Assembly: GCF_009914755.1 (NCBI RefSeq) | Contig: NC_060928.1 | Origin: the human T2T-CHM13v2.0 reference genome, Homo sapiens | DNA length: 64,000 bases | Direction: 5' to 3' (one strand) | In this document: piece after piece, positions 39,801-58,790 of the stretch | Position numbering within the stretch: the stretch's first letter is position 1 | Layout of the letters: the number at the start of each line of letters is the position of its first letter | The notes under the pieces: generated by a model | Told to the model about the DNA's origin: nothing | Seen by the model: the letters and a program-made list of their open reading frames with translations, nothing else | The model's database searches: none | Position numbers and translations under genes: made by a program

Positions 39801-40419
39801 AACCCTCAGAGAATGCTCACTAGGCACATGCATAACATGTAGATGCCCAAAGCATTTCAGAAATAGAATTACAAAAAACCCCCAAAACACTTGTCATGAA
39901 AGGTTTGTGAACCTAATCTCGCCTGTATAGACTGGGCTAATTCTGATAGTAAGAGGAGTTCTCCCTTCTCTTAAGTAAACAAAAACTATTGGCTTTCATC
40001 CAATCGGTTATTCTAAGACCACTGCAACTTTTTTCTCTCACAAAAAGGAGTTGCCCTAAAGAAGTTTCATTTGCTTTGATCTTTTTTTTCCTCCCTCCTC
40101 TAAAGGAAAAAAGGTATGTGTGTGTTGAAATCTAAAATATGGCAAAGTTTCCATTTAAAAATACTTTTTAGATAACCAGATTTGCTCTTCGCACAATGAG
40201 GTCTTTGGTCCCTGGGAGATATTTTATATCATATTCCTGAATTTGTTCCTGGAGTCATCTTTAACGGGGCTAGGGAACTTATTGGGTGCTGTAAGAACTG
40301 TTGGTATGACCCACCATGCTCTCTCTGTCTCTCTCTGTAACTCCTACAACTTGACTTTGAGATAGATCTAAAGAAGTGAGCTATCAAATGTTGGAAATAT
40401 CAGGTAAGAAGTTAAGATA

Positions 40420-41135
<716 letters not shown>

Positions 41136-41789
41136 AAAGTGAAGCCAACTGAAAACAAAAAGTATTAAAACACAGAGAAAGTTAGAAAATAAAGTTTAAA
41201 GATGAAATAGAAAGGCCAAGGAAAAATGTTTAAATGTTGTGGAGAGAATATGAATGTACTATATATTATTGCTCACCCTTAAATAATGCTTGGTATATGC
41301 CAAGTGATGTTTAAAGGCACGACTTACCCACATATCCCTTATGGGTTTGGTACTATAATTATCCCCATTCTATAAATTAGGAAACTGAGGCCCAAAGAGA
41401 TTAAATGATTTATTTAACATCACAGGTTTGTAAGTGGCAAAACCAAGATTAGAATATACATGTATATATAGCTACATTCTTAAATACGCAATTCGGTATA
41501 TTAGACACCTATTTATTTTGTCTTCCTGCCTTCTGATATTAGCTCCTCTCTTCCCTTCTTGGGGAAATGTTCCTTCTTACCATGTGACTTGAGTGGAAGA
41601 TGTTGCCATGTTCTTAGACACTCTCTTTCCATGCTTTCAAAGTAAGCATCCTTTCTACCATCTTATCTTGATTATACAACGTATTTCCAAATATTATTTT
41701 AGATTCTCTGCATTTTCATCAGATAAAACAGGATTATCTCCCTTTTATAGGACAAATAATCATTTCCACTTAAAAATGGAGCTGTATTA

Positions 41790-42120
<331 letters not shown>

Positions 42121-42365
42121 CCCCACTAAGGTTTTAATGTTATCTTGTACATTCATACTAAATAATTTAGAGGCTGGTAACAAAAAGAATATTGTTCTGG
42201 TCTCAATTAATTAATTATTCTAATTAATACATAAACTTATTTTATTAATTGCTTATTTACATCAGATATAATATTAGTAAAAGATTGATAAGAGCATGTA
42301 CCAGTGACAATTTTCTGAGACATTAAGATTTTTCTTTATGTTTAGGACTATTAGCCTACAAGTGC

Positions 42366-42514
42366 TAATATATACACATATATACACACACATATACACA
42401 TGCATACACATATACACATATATGTATATAGGTGTATGAATACATATAGGTACATATATACATATAGGTACATATATACAAATGTGCATGTGTATACATA
42501 TGCATACACACACA
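42366..42514. repeat. Degenerate (TA/CA)n microsatellite
   Basis: Direct reading. Confidence 0.9.
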
Positions 42515-43403
42515 TTTAAATGGAGTATGTTTATCTAGAAATCAGGAAAGTTAGAAACTGAGAGTAAATAAACATTTAAAAATGGAGAGGCAAATGGCTT
42601 TTCAAGATAGCCCTGATTTTAGGTCAATGGAAAAAATCTAAGCAGTTATTTTAACTAAAGTATCTGGTGATCATAGTTTGGAAGATCTGGAATTTTAAGG
42701 TGGGTGGCTCACTTGACTTGAAAATCCAATATTTTTTCTGAAGTAGGTGTTGCCATGGTGACAGAACGGCTTAGCAACTGAAGACAGATTTCATTGGCTG
42801 GCTGTCTGCAGACTTGCTTGTTGAGTGGCATTAATATGTTGCCTCCTGCTGTTTTTTTTCTGAGGAGACCATCTGGCATTAGCTGTATTTAAAGGTACAG
42901 TTCTGTTAAACAAAGAATACCAGGTGATATACACTGAGGTGTTAAAAATATGTTTTGCAGGCATTAGTTGGTTTAATCAATCAATGACTAAGAAGTTCCA
43001 CTTCAAATCACAACCTATTATAACCAATTAATTCACTATTCTAGGCTTTGACAGTAGGCATTAAAGGGTTTTATTGTGGTACTTACTTATATTATAAAAA
43101 TTTAATTGCCTAAATGTACTATACTAAATGATCATATTAATCTTGATGTGCCTAAAAATTAATCTACTTGATAAACTGTTCTCTCACATTATATGTTCAT
43201 AAACCAGAGATGTAGTTTTAAAATAATGTTTACTGAGGATGTTTAATATATCAGAGCATAAACAGCTGTCAGTTTTTCTTTTACTTTTGAGGGTGATAAA
43301 AATAATGGATTTTCAAGTAAGATGTATTAAGATGTCAAATGCATCTATTCTACTAATTATAACTGTTGATTCTAAACAATAAATACCTGTTGTACATCTG
43401 TGA

Positions 43404-43728
<325 letters not shown>

Positions 43729-44740
43729 TAAAGGAGTTCCCTATATACTAGGGAGGATAAGACACATGCATATGTTATGATAAGATAGAAAATGACAAGT
43801 ACCTTAAGAGTAATACAAAGCGAAGTTTGAGATTGAAGAATGGAGGACACATTTAATAAGGATACTCACCGAGACTTCTGATTGGCTTAATCTTGACCAG
43901 TGTAGAGGAGAGAAGAGAATTCTAGGAGAAACAGAAGCAATCATCAGTGTTATAATCCCAGCCTCTCTAAGAGTGGGTTCCAAGATAATGTTCAGAGGAT
44001 AATAACAGAGCACTTTGTGCTTAGACCTTACTGTACATGTAGAGGAAGCAAAATCTTTACAAGTAGGTCTTTGGCCATATCATGAATATCCTTAAATGCT
44101 AGACTGAGGATTTAGACTTCATTTGTTTGGGAGTTAACAGAAATAGATCACTTGTGCATTGCTAATTTAAGAAAAAGATATTGTATGCTTTTGACATATT
44201 TAGGGAGGTGTTGTGGACCCACCACCTGGAGAGAGATATATGGCCAGCAGTTTGAAATGAAATTCATTTCATAGCAGAATTTGAGGACAGAGGAAAAGAT
44301 TTAGGAATCACTTGCATGACTGGTGAGGGTGAAAATGGTGATTATGGATGAGATGACTGAGGGAGGGAGAATAGGCAAAGGAGAGAAAGTGTATCAGGCA
44401 GAAACTTAGAACACACCAACATTTTTAAGATTAAATGAGCAAGAAGAGAGCAGAGAGATGTAGTCAAAGAAAGAGGCAGTAGGTATGATTCAGAGCTGTA
44501 GTCTCAAGATAGGACTGGGGGCATATGACGATGCCCAGTGCTGTGGAAGTTAATGAAGCAGAGGATACAGTAAAGGTCACTCACTCCCAGCACTGGTTGG
44601 AAGTCGCTGGGGACATTTGGGGAAGTAGTTTCAGTAGAGTCAAGAGGAAGAAGTCAAACAAATGGATAAGGAGTAAGTGAAGGGCAGTTTCACCTCTAAC
44701 ACTCACCTTTTCTCTCACCCATTCATCAAACCAAGCCTTT

Positions 44741-44790
44741 CTTTTTTAAAGGCTAGTCAAGTGAAGCAGTGGGAGTAAAGAAGGAATAAA
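44741..44790 (-). pseudogene. 5'-truncated Y3 RNA (RNY3) retrocopy
   Basis: Reverse complement of 44748-44790 (tttattccttctttactcccactgcttcacttgactagccttt) matches the hY3 3' end as recalled. It is followed by an A-rich tail, with a diverged candidate TSD aaaccaagccttt / aaactaagttttt. Confidence 0.8.
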
Positions 44791-44916
44791 CTAAGTTTTT
44801 TGAAAGATTACATACTATTTTCAACACACATTCATTCCTGAACTCATATCATTGTGGCAGTCACTGCATTACTCTCTTCATATGGTTCTCACAAAGGGCC
44901 ACTACTGACTTCTTAA

Positions 44917-45035
44917 TAGGGTGACCTTATGTCTTTGTTTCCAACATATTCAGTGTTCCTGGGGTATTTGTTAATAGAGCCCTCTTTCACCCTCAAAACT
45001 GTCCTAGTTTGGATGATAAATTATGAGTTATCCCA
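44917..45035. mobile_element. MER94/MER81-like hAT-Blackjack relic
   Basis: agggtgacc...ctcaaaactgtcctagtttggatgataaattatg. Confidence 0.5.
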
Positions 45036-45439
45036 GCTCTTCATCACCAGTTCTAATGAGCAGTTTTCAATCTTTATCTTACTTGACCTTATTTGATTTT
45101 TTTTTTCTTTACACAGCTGACTACTCCCCTTTAGTGTGACTTGAAACCCCACTTCTTTGATTTGTACTGGATAACTCTTCTGGTTCTCCTGACACCTTCT
45201 CAGTCTTTTCTGCGGCCTTCTCTTCTGTACACCCTGTAAGTGGTGCCATTGCTTAGAGTTCTGTTCTTGGTTTCTTCTCTTCGTTACACACCTTTTCCAT
45301 AGACAGGCTCACTCATAACAACAGGTGCAGTTAACTAGAAGCCGGTGATGGAAAAATATAACCCTTGTTTCTCCCCAGTGAGCTTTGGATTTGCACATCC
45401 ACCTGCCTAGTACACTTTTACTATAAGTGATAGGCAACA

Positions 45440-45670
45440 TGTGGATAAGAACTTGAGCATTGGAGTGAGACATAAGGCTGCCAGGTCTGCCGTTTAATAG
45501 CTTAATGGCCTTAAAGAAGAAAGTCTTTATGTGGCTCAGCTTCCACTCTGTAAAATCATGAAACCTGTCACGTAAGATTTATGTGCGGGTAAAATGAAAT
45601 AGCACATGTAATGTGCTGAGCACAGTTAATGGCACACAACATACACTTAATGAATAATAGAAATTATTAT
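45440..45670. mobile_element. MIR relic (similar relics near 170-330, 30060-30240, 41270-41450, 56450-56670, 57530-57720, 63500-63720)
   Basis: MIR core phrases such as ctcagcttcc...ctgtaaaat and gaaactgaggc; boundaries approximate. Confidence 0.6.
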
Positions 45671-46447
45671 TATTTCCCAAACTGTATTCTCCTCTCATTA
45701 TTTCTTGTCTTGTGGAACATCTGCCTTCCTGAGTGGAGGAGGGTTTATGTGTGGGGGAACATGAAATACTTTTGGAAAGATTGAGTGATGCCACAATATA
45801 TGAGGCCCTGGAAGCTGGACAGAGGAATTTAGACACAATGGTGGGTTACAGGGGCTTCTGCAGTCTTGTAAGCATAGAATGATTCTGTGGAAAGTGGTGT
45901 TGTAATAAAATTAGTTATTTTAATATTAAGCCAGATGTGTTTAAAGTAGGGGTCGGGAGGCTGGGCAAAAGGCTGATAGAGTAATACTGGCATAATTTGA
46001 TGAGGACCTGGAAAGGTGTGGTGACAATGGAATGAAGAGGAAAGGATAATTAGGGAAAGGTGATAAATGGACAGATTATTTTATTTTTTATATCAGTTCT
46101 TTCTTCAGAAGGTTGTGAGATATTTCCATCAAAAATATATATTTAATAAAAATGTAATAAAGCTTCTTTATGGATCAAGAAGCCACTACTGTTTTGTGCC
46201 TATTTATTTGTGAAAGAGAAGGAAAATGTGCTAATAATAATAGTGGCCAACATTTTCAGCCTGATTCTCTCAGAGTTTGCTTAGATGATCATTTACCTCT
46301 TCAGATCTTTGAAAGAATTTCATAAATGACTGGTCCCATTTGTAACCTTTATTATTCTCATAGTTACACAGAATTGTTGAGATGCATACTTCAGTATTAA
46401 AGGATGTTGGTGTTTCTAGTGATTCTGGCCGGTTACATGACACCATG

Positions 46448-46830
46448 TGATACAGTTTGGATATCTGTCCCTGACCAAATCTCATGCTGAAATGTAATGC
46501 CCAGTGTTGGAGACGGAGCCTGTTGGGAGGTGTTTGGATCACAGGGGCAGATTCTTCTTGAATGACTTGACACTATCTCCTGGTGAGTTCTCGCGAGATC
46601 TGATTAAGTGTATGGTACCTCCCCCACCTTACTCCCTTTCTCTCCATGTGACGTGCATGCTCCTGCTTCTACCATGAGTGAGAGCTCCCTGAGCCCTCCC
46701 CAGAAGCCGTGTAGACGCAAGCACCATGCTTGTACAGCCTGCAGAACCGTGAGCCAATTAAACTTCTTTTCTTTATAAATTACTCAGTCTCCGGTATTTC
46801 TTTATAGTAATTCAAGAATGGCCTAATGCA
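46448..46830. mobile_element. Solo MaLR LTR (MSTA-like)
   Basis: TG...CA termini (tgatacagtttggata...ctaatgca), 5-bp TSD ccatg at 46443-46447 and 46831-46835, and the cagcctgcagaaccgtgagccaattaaac signature. Confidence 0.9.
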
Positions 46831-47715
46831 CCATGTAAATTAAAATATACACTTGCAAATATGTCACAAAAAGACTTACTCTCCCCCGAAGAGGAGTCAA
46901 TACAAAAACCTGAAGAATGTGGCAAGTGGAAAAACAGAAATGAGAAAACTACCTTTGTTTATAAAAAATATTTTTAAGATATTTTTTCTTTGGAAATAGA
47001 TTGTTCTTTTGAAATCTGGAATGTAAAATGCCAGACTCTTCTTCTGTTTTTCTGGATTTGAAACAATCGAACACTGGGAAATATCTGATCCTGAACTAAA
47101 ATGCAGGCACACCAAATTTGAACTCAGATTGAAAAAGTTAACACTGGGAATCAACTAGAAATTAACGGTGATTATGAAGAATATTTTGATTGCTATTTGA
47201 TTCTTTCATAGCTCTGTAAAACTTATGTAAGCAAGCTATTAAAAAACAAAAGCTGAAGGCGACTGTTTTATGATGTGTGTATCATAAAGGAAACCATCAC
47301 CACCTGTCATTGAAACCAAGAAAGGCTCATGTCAACTAAATGTGAAAAGAAAACAGTGTAAGAAATTAAAAAGAAAATCATATTCTTGAGGCCATGAAAC
47401 ACATGTTCCAGAAAACAGTTTATTAGAATTGCATTAAGTAAAAATTAATGTCTGCACACTGATGGGGAAGCAGTGTGGAGTGGTATGGAAAATGTTAGAG
47501 CAGTCTATTTTTGTAAAATCTGGAAGTTGGAATAAATAATCATTGGGGCCCCAGCTCTAAAATCCTACTACCACTATTAATGTGACAATGATTTAATTTT
47601 TGAATGAAATTTAAATTGTAACATATGCCATGGGGAATGTGTTTTCTGGCTTGCTAACAACATGAAAAGAGGATGTTGAAAGCCTCTTGTAATTCATGTT
47701 TTTAATTTCATTCTT

Positions 47716-50429
<2,714 letters not shown>

Positions 50430-50619
50430 TTTAATTTCATTCTTATCTTTTGTATTAGCTTTTTAAATGTATTATAACCAAGGAGAATACAAATGAACTG
50501 ACTTCACAGTTTTTCCCTCAGATTTCAGAATTGTACTGTTCTTAAGCTCCCTCCTAAAACTTGTCTCTTTTATTAAATATTTTAATATTTAATGGCTGAA
50601 AATCTTTGTGGTCATTATT

Positions 50620-52470
<1,851 letters not shown>

Positions 52471-52637
52471 ATTCCATCCCTCAGCATATTTTCACAAGTC
52501 ATGAATTTCATAAGTGAGTAGAGGCAACTCAAAGATAGCAAACAACTTGATTAATATCATTGGCTAATAAAGGGCACCGTAGGAATTTAAAAGCCTTAGA
52601 TTATCTGCTTCCAAAACCCATACTTATTCCAATATAC

Positions 52638-52824
52638 CAGTGGTTCTCAATTTTGAGCCTGCGTCAGAATCACCTGGAGGGCTTGTTAAAACACTGGTTG
52701 CTGGGGTCCCACCCCCAGAGTTTGATTCAGTAGGTCTGAGGTAGGGCCTGAAATTTTGCTTTTCTGTCAAGTTCCCAGGGATTCTGATGCCACTGGTTCA
52801 GAGGCCACACTTTGAGAGCCATTG
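52638..52824. mobile_element. MER5A hAT-Charlie MITE
   Basis: TIRs cagtggttctcaa / ttgagagccattg, internal cagaatcacctggagggcttgttaaaa; ~187 bp. Confidence 0.88.
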
Positions 52825-53203
52825 TAATGCACTGCGATGGTTCCCCTGTGTATCCTGATGCTCGAAGAGCCTTCAGTTGGGGTGGAGGGAGACACAGAGA
52901 GAATAATATAAAGACAATAGTAGTGACAAAGGGCTAAGTGTGCATGGAGGAAGAAAACAGTAATTCTGATTAGAATATTGAAAAAAGTTTCTGCAGGACA
53001 CATTATGGAATGGATTGGTTTATGGATAATCTCAAGCATTTACCTCCACCTGGTGAAATCAGACAGCAACTGTCTCTTCTTACATTTATTTGGCCACAAG
53101 TATGCTTAGAGCAGCTAAGCTCTTGAGCACATAAGCAAGTATATGGCGGAGTGGGTGGTGGTTCCGGAATGGTTGACGTGGGAAATGCAGAGAGAGCACT
53201 TAA

Positions 53204-53543
<340 letters not shown>

Positions 53544-53969
53544 TTCTCCACTCATACTTATATCCCACAGTCAGGTTCAGTGAATCGATGCCACTTGTGT
53601 GAGAGACTAAAATAAATAATGGATTTAATTTGATGACTTTTTTTTTGACTCTGAATCTTTCAGTGTACAAATGAAATCTTGATAAAGAAAATATCAATAA
53701 TAGCAGTATATCAATGCTTTCCTAAGAAACTGTGAAATACTGTGGTGATCTTATCCTGGAACAAACTAGGATGAGCCAGTCTTTATTAGATTATTTTGTA
53801 CTATATTTATACTTACTTTGTGATCATTCAGGAGGACCCTTCATATTGTTGAATTTGGTAAAATTTCCTTGCAGGCCTAGGTTAATGGGGTTTACAGGCT
53901 CTCAGGATTGTGTGCCAGTTGTCCTCTTTCTAAGGTAGTTTTATTCATAAACCACACAGGTTTTTTTCA

Positions 53970-54333
<364 letters not shown>

Positions 54334-57300
54334 CTATGTGAACAACTTCAATTTATAAAAGAGTAAAAAAATCGTTGAATTACAGAACTATGAACTGACT
54401 CCTTTTTGATGCAGCCTGATTATTAATAGTCTTGTTCACAGCTGTGCCCAAAGTAGAACATCACACCGGCACTGGGTAAGTAAACAAAACAGGCCAGTAA
54501 CTCTGCCAAAGACCTAGCTATTAATGGCAATTTATTTTTATTACATATTTGGAATCTTGTCATCCCAGAAGGTGCTGAAGTAGAAATTTAGTAATACTTG
54601 ATTTAAGAGGCAGAAGTCCTGTAAGTTTGCAGCTATTAAAAAATGGAAAGAAAAGAAAGGTTACAAAGGGGAGGGGACCATATCTGTGTTTACATTTGTT
54701 CCTTTCCTCAAATGGAAGGTAGAATAATGTATTAGAAGATATTTTAAATATTAATATCTAACTGAAACCTGATATTAGAGAATGAGAAAATTTTGCTGAA
54801 AATTAATTTTATTTTCTTTTAATTTATGGTGTTACTATACCTTTTAGATTTAGGAAGGCAGAAAGACTGTGTGTGTGTGTGTGTTTGTGTGTGTGCACTT
54901 GCACTTTGGGGTTCCCTTTCTATGGATGTTTCAGGATCTGTGGATAAAGGATCACAGTCTAGCAGAAAGCTGGGTTTCAGGGGACGTCAAAGGTAATTTC
55001 ATGACTATATTAGTAGATAAATCCAAGACCAGAGAGCATGCTGAATGGAGGACATTTACATAGTCTTTCCAATGCTAAAGGAAATAGGGAAGTGATTATT
55101 TCAAAATTACCTAGAGGATCTTGAGCATAGTATGACTTAAGATAAAAATCTCATTGTTTCTGAGAGTTGGCCTCTTTCTCCTCTCCAGATGAAATATTTT
55201 TTCCTTTTTTTCTCCTCCGTGGAAAGAAATTATTAATTAAAACAAAAAGACATTGTTGGAGAGGGAGGTTTTTTAGTCGCCTAAGAGAGGTGCTATTAGT
55301 ACTTGTTTATTTAAAAATTGACTTTTGGTCAAACTAAACTATACAACTTTTTCTTTTTCAATCCTTCTTCCCTCCATCCCTCTTCCTTTCTTTCTTCCTC
55401 CTACTTTTTGCCCTTCCTCCTTCCCTGATCCCTTGTTTTATTTAGTTTATGTCATTCCACAGAGCTCACAGTTACCACCTGGTAGGTACACTTGACATTC
55501 TACACAGTTGGTAAATCAGTGTCATACCAGTTGCTAAATAATTGGCCAGGAATAGCCTTTATCAATGAATGCTTCTTCTCCTTTTCACTCTCCATTGAAT
55601 AAAGATGGAAACCAGCTTTGCCTCCTTTTTGAGTATGGCCTGTTGATTTCTAATTTGTCATAGCTCACATGGAAACCTTGTGATGCGCTTGAGGGGGTTT
55701 TCTCATGGAGACCTCAATACCTGTGGAATGTAGGGCACATGGCAAACAGATCTGGTTTATCTGATCAAGTGATTAATGCAATAAAAAATTATAAAAATTC
55801 AAAGTGAAAAGTGTGCTCTTGTTACTGTGTGTGGTAAGTAGTTTAGTGGATTCTGGTTCTACCCATTGAAGCACTATACCTGTGGCTGGTGATGGAGGCG
55901 AAAATCTTTTACTGGAAGGAATGGGAAGAAGGGTAGTGGGGGCCAGAGAGTCTCTACGTTCCTCCAGGAGGAGGAAACCATCTCTTTAAAATGACAGTGC
56001 TTTCCTTCCATGAAAGAACCATAATTTTTCTAATCATTGGTAACTATTTTGGTCTTTCAAATGTGTCAACAACTTGTACACTGGAACAGCCTCTGTCTAC
56101 AGGCAGAGCAGGATTCAGTGATTTTTAGAAGGCATTTGGTCCCCAGCCAGCCTGAAAGTTGGGGTTTACAACTGTGTTAAACAGAAGAGATTTTGTTTGA
56201 AAGGATAAAGCACATCATGGAAAAGTTGAGGAAGAAACAAAAGAGAAAGTTGCAAACTTACCTTTATGTTTATAAGAACAGATATGTTCTTGAGAGATTG
56301 TGGATTTTTAAAAATATGATTTTTTTGGTGGTGGGAAAATTGTAGACATTAAATATCTTTTTTAAGTTATGTTGACACCTTACAATTACGTAATCCTTTA
56401 TAATTTTCAAATAAATACTAACATTAGTAAGCAAGTACTACATACCAGGAAAAATTCTAGTTGCTGGAAATAAGACAATAAAGAAAACAGGGATTATTTT
56501 ATTAAGTCCTCTCAATAAAGCCTATGAATCAGTTACTATTTTTATCTCGATTTTACAGATTAGGAAACTGAGGCACAGAGGAGTTGTGTTACTTGCTCAG
56601 AGTTTCCATAGTCAGGAAGTGGGGAGTAAGGTTTGAAATCCAGACTCCAATTCCAGATCCTGTGCTCTTGGCACCACGCAGTCCTGTCTCAGGCAGGCAG
56701 CATTGCCACTGTGCACTTTATCCTAAAAACAACCCTCTGAGGGAGGTGAGAAAGGTATGTTTCTTCACATTTAAAAAATACGAACATGTTTAAAAAGTAA
56801 ACAGTGATCTATTTACATTTGTATGCTGGGAAGAGGTTCTAGAGTCATCATCTTCACCTCTTCAATGCTTCAGTCATTGGCTTCCCAGCCTCTAAGCAGC
56901 CATGTACTCCATTTCTTTTTGCACCGTTATAACCAGTGATTTTCTCGAATCCAAAATCTGTAACGTTCCTCTGCTTAATTCCCTGCAGGTGCTCACTGTT
57001 ACACCTAGAATCAAACCCAGACTTCTTCGCATGCGCTTGAGATTCTTCTGGCTGGGTCCCTGCACACCTCTGCAGTGTCACACTTGCACTCTCTGAGCCC
57101 TAGCTCTACAGGGCTTTTCTCATTTTAACAAAACTTGCTCTTTCTTGTCTCTCACATGTTGTATATGCCAGTTCCCTGGCCTCAACATTCTTTTCTTCCC
57201 CTCTTCCCTCTTACTCTACCCTTCTTAAGTGGCTATTCTTGTCCCTTCTTTTCATCTCTACCTTGATGCCATGTCTCTACAGTGTGTTGTAATTGCATGT

Positions 57301-58726
57301 CCAACGCCACTTTTCCTGAGTCCACGGGCCTGGAGACCATGTGATGCTGGGTCCAAAGTGAAGAATTGGGGAATAGAGAACGGGAATCTTGTTCACACAG
57401 TTCTCTCCAGTACCCAGCATGGTGACCCAGAACATGTACATGTAAGGCATTTGTACATGTAATCAATTAGCAGGCATGTTTTGAACACCAGCTTCATTAG
57501 GAGTGATGCCATATTTGAGGCAGAAACATAGTATGATGGAGAATTCAAGAGGCTTTGGACTCATAGCTCTTAGTTGAATTCTGGCTTTATCAGGTACTAC
57601 CTTTGAGGCTTTAAGCAAGTTACTTAACTTTTCTGAGCTTACTTTCTCAAATAAAAAGCAAGGATAACTAAAATGCTTTGGAAACTTTCCTGTGAGAAAT
57701 TGATGCGTAAATAGATAATTAAGGGACATTCTAGGAGTTGTGTTACAGGCATGAACAGGAACACAGAGGAGGGGACAACCAACACAGCTCAAGAGGTCAC
57801 AGAAGATGTCATGTAAGCCTTTTCTTTTTCTCAGAGCCTCTGGCATCGACGTGCTTGGAGATACCTGAAAATTGGGCAGCTGTTTATCTTTCTGGAAATG
57901 TTTAGTCAAAGGTCTTCTGAGCATAGAGATACAGGAAGTGATCTTCCATTCATGCATATTTATGATTCTATTCTAAGTTAAATTATTAATAGCATTTGAC
58001 GAGTATTCTATTTTGATATGGACAAGAAAAATCGTTCACTTTGAAACATTTATTGAGCTCGCTTATAGCAAACTGGGAAAAAAAGTCTTGGTTTTGTTAT
58101 TTTTCTCAAAAGATTTGTATGTATTTTCCTGCAATAATAAACCAAAAATAAAATCCATGAAGGATCTAGAACTTTTAAGGCTATGTAATTCATATTTTAA
58201 GCCTTTACTGTTTCATAAATTATTTAAATAATTTGAGGAATTACTATTGAAGAGAGTCTTAATCTGTCAAATTGATCAGATTGGATTTATCTTGAAAACA
58301 GTTCTGCATCTTTGGATAAAAATCTATTTTATTCCAAAGAAAGCTTTTTTTATGGCAAATAAAAGCAAAGGTATACATTTTTAATAATCTTATGATAAAT
58401 AGGATGATCTGCTTTAAAGAAGAGTAAGTTTATAGAGTCGGAGTATACTTGTACACACCTCAAAGTCAAACGTTTGAAAAATGAAGTTTGTTATGATTCT
58501 AAGTGTAGTTTCGAATGTAAGAAAAAGTTAAAAGTGTGATGCAGTCAGGAAGCTTGGAATATTCTCCTGCATAAATTATATGTGTTAACAGCCTTAGCAG
58601 TATTCTCTTGTAGGCCACTTGGCTCCATCTTTAAGGTAGTTTGATGAATATTGACTGGTCTGCAAAATTTGACTTAAGAAATGTTGAGCCAGAGTATCCT
58701 GGATAACGTAGATATAGAGATAAAGT

Positions 58727-58790
58727 AATATATATATATACACACACACATACACACACACACATATTTACATATATACACATATGTACT
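58727..58790. repeat. (TA)n(CA)n microsatellite; also (TG)n at 54868-54895 and a TA-rich tract at 59750-59880
   Basis: Direct reading. Confidence 0.9.
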
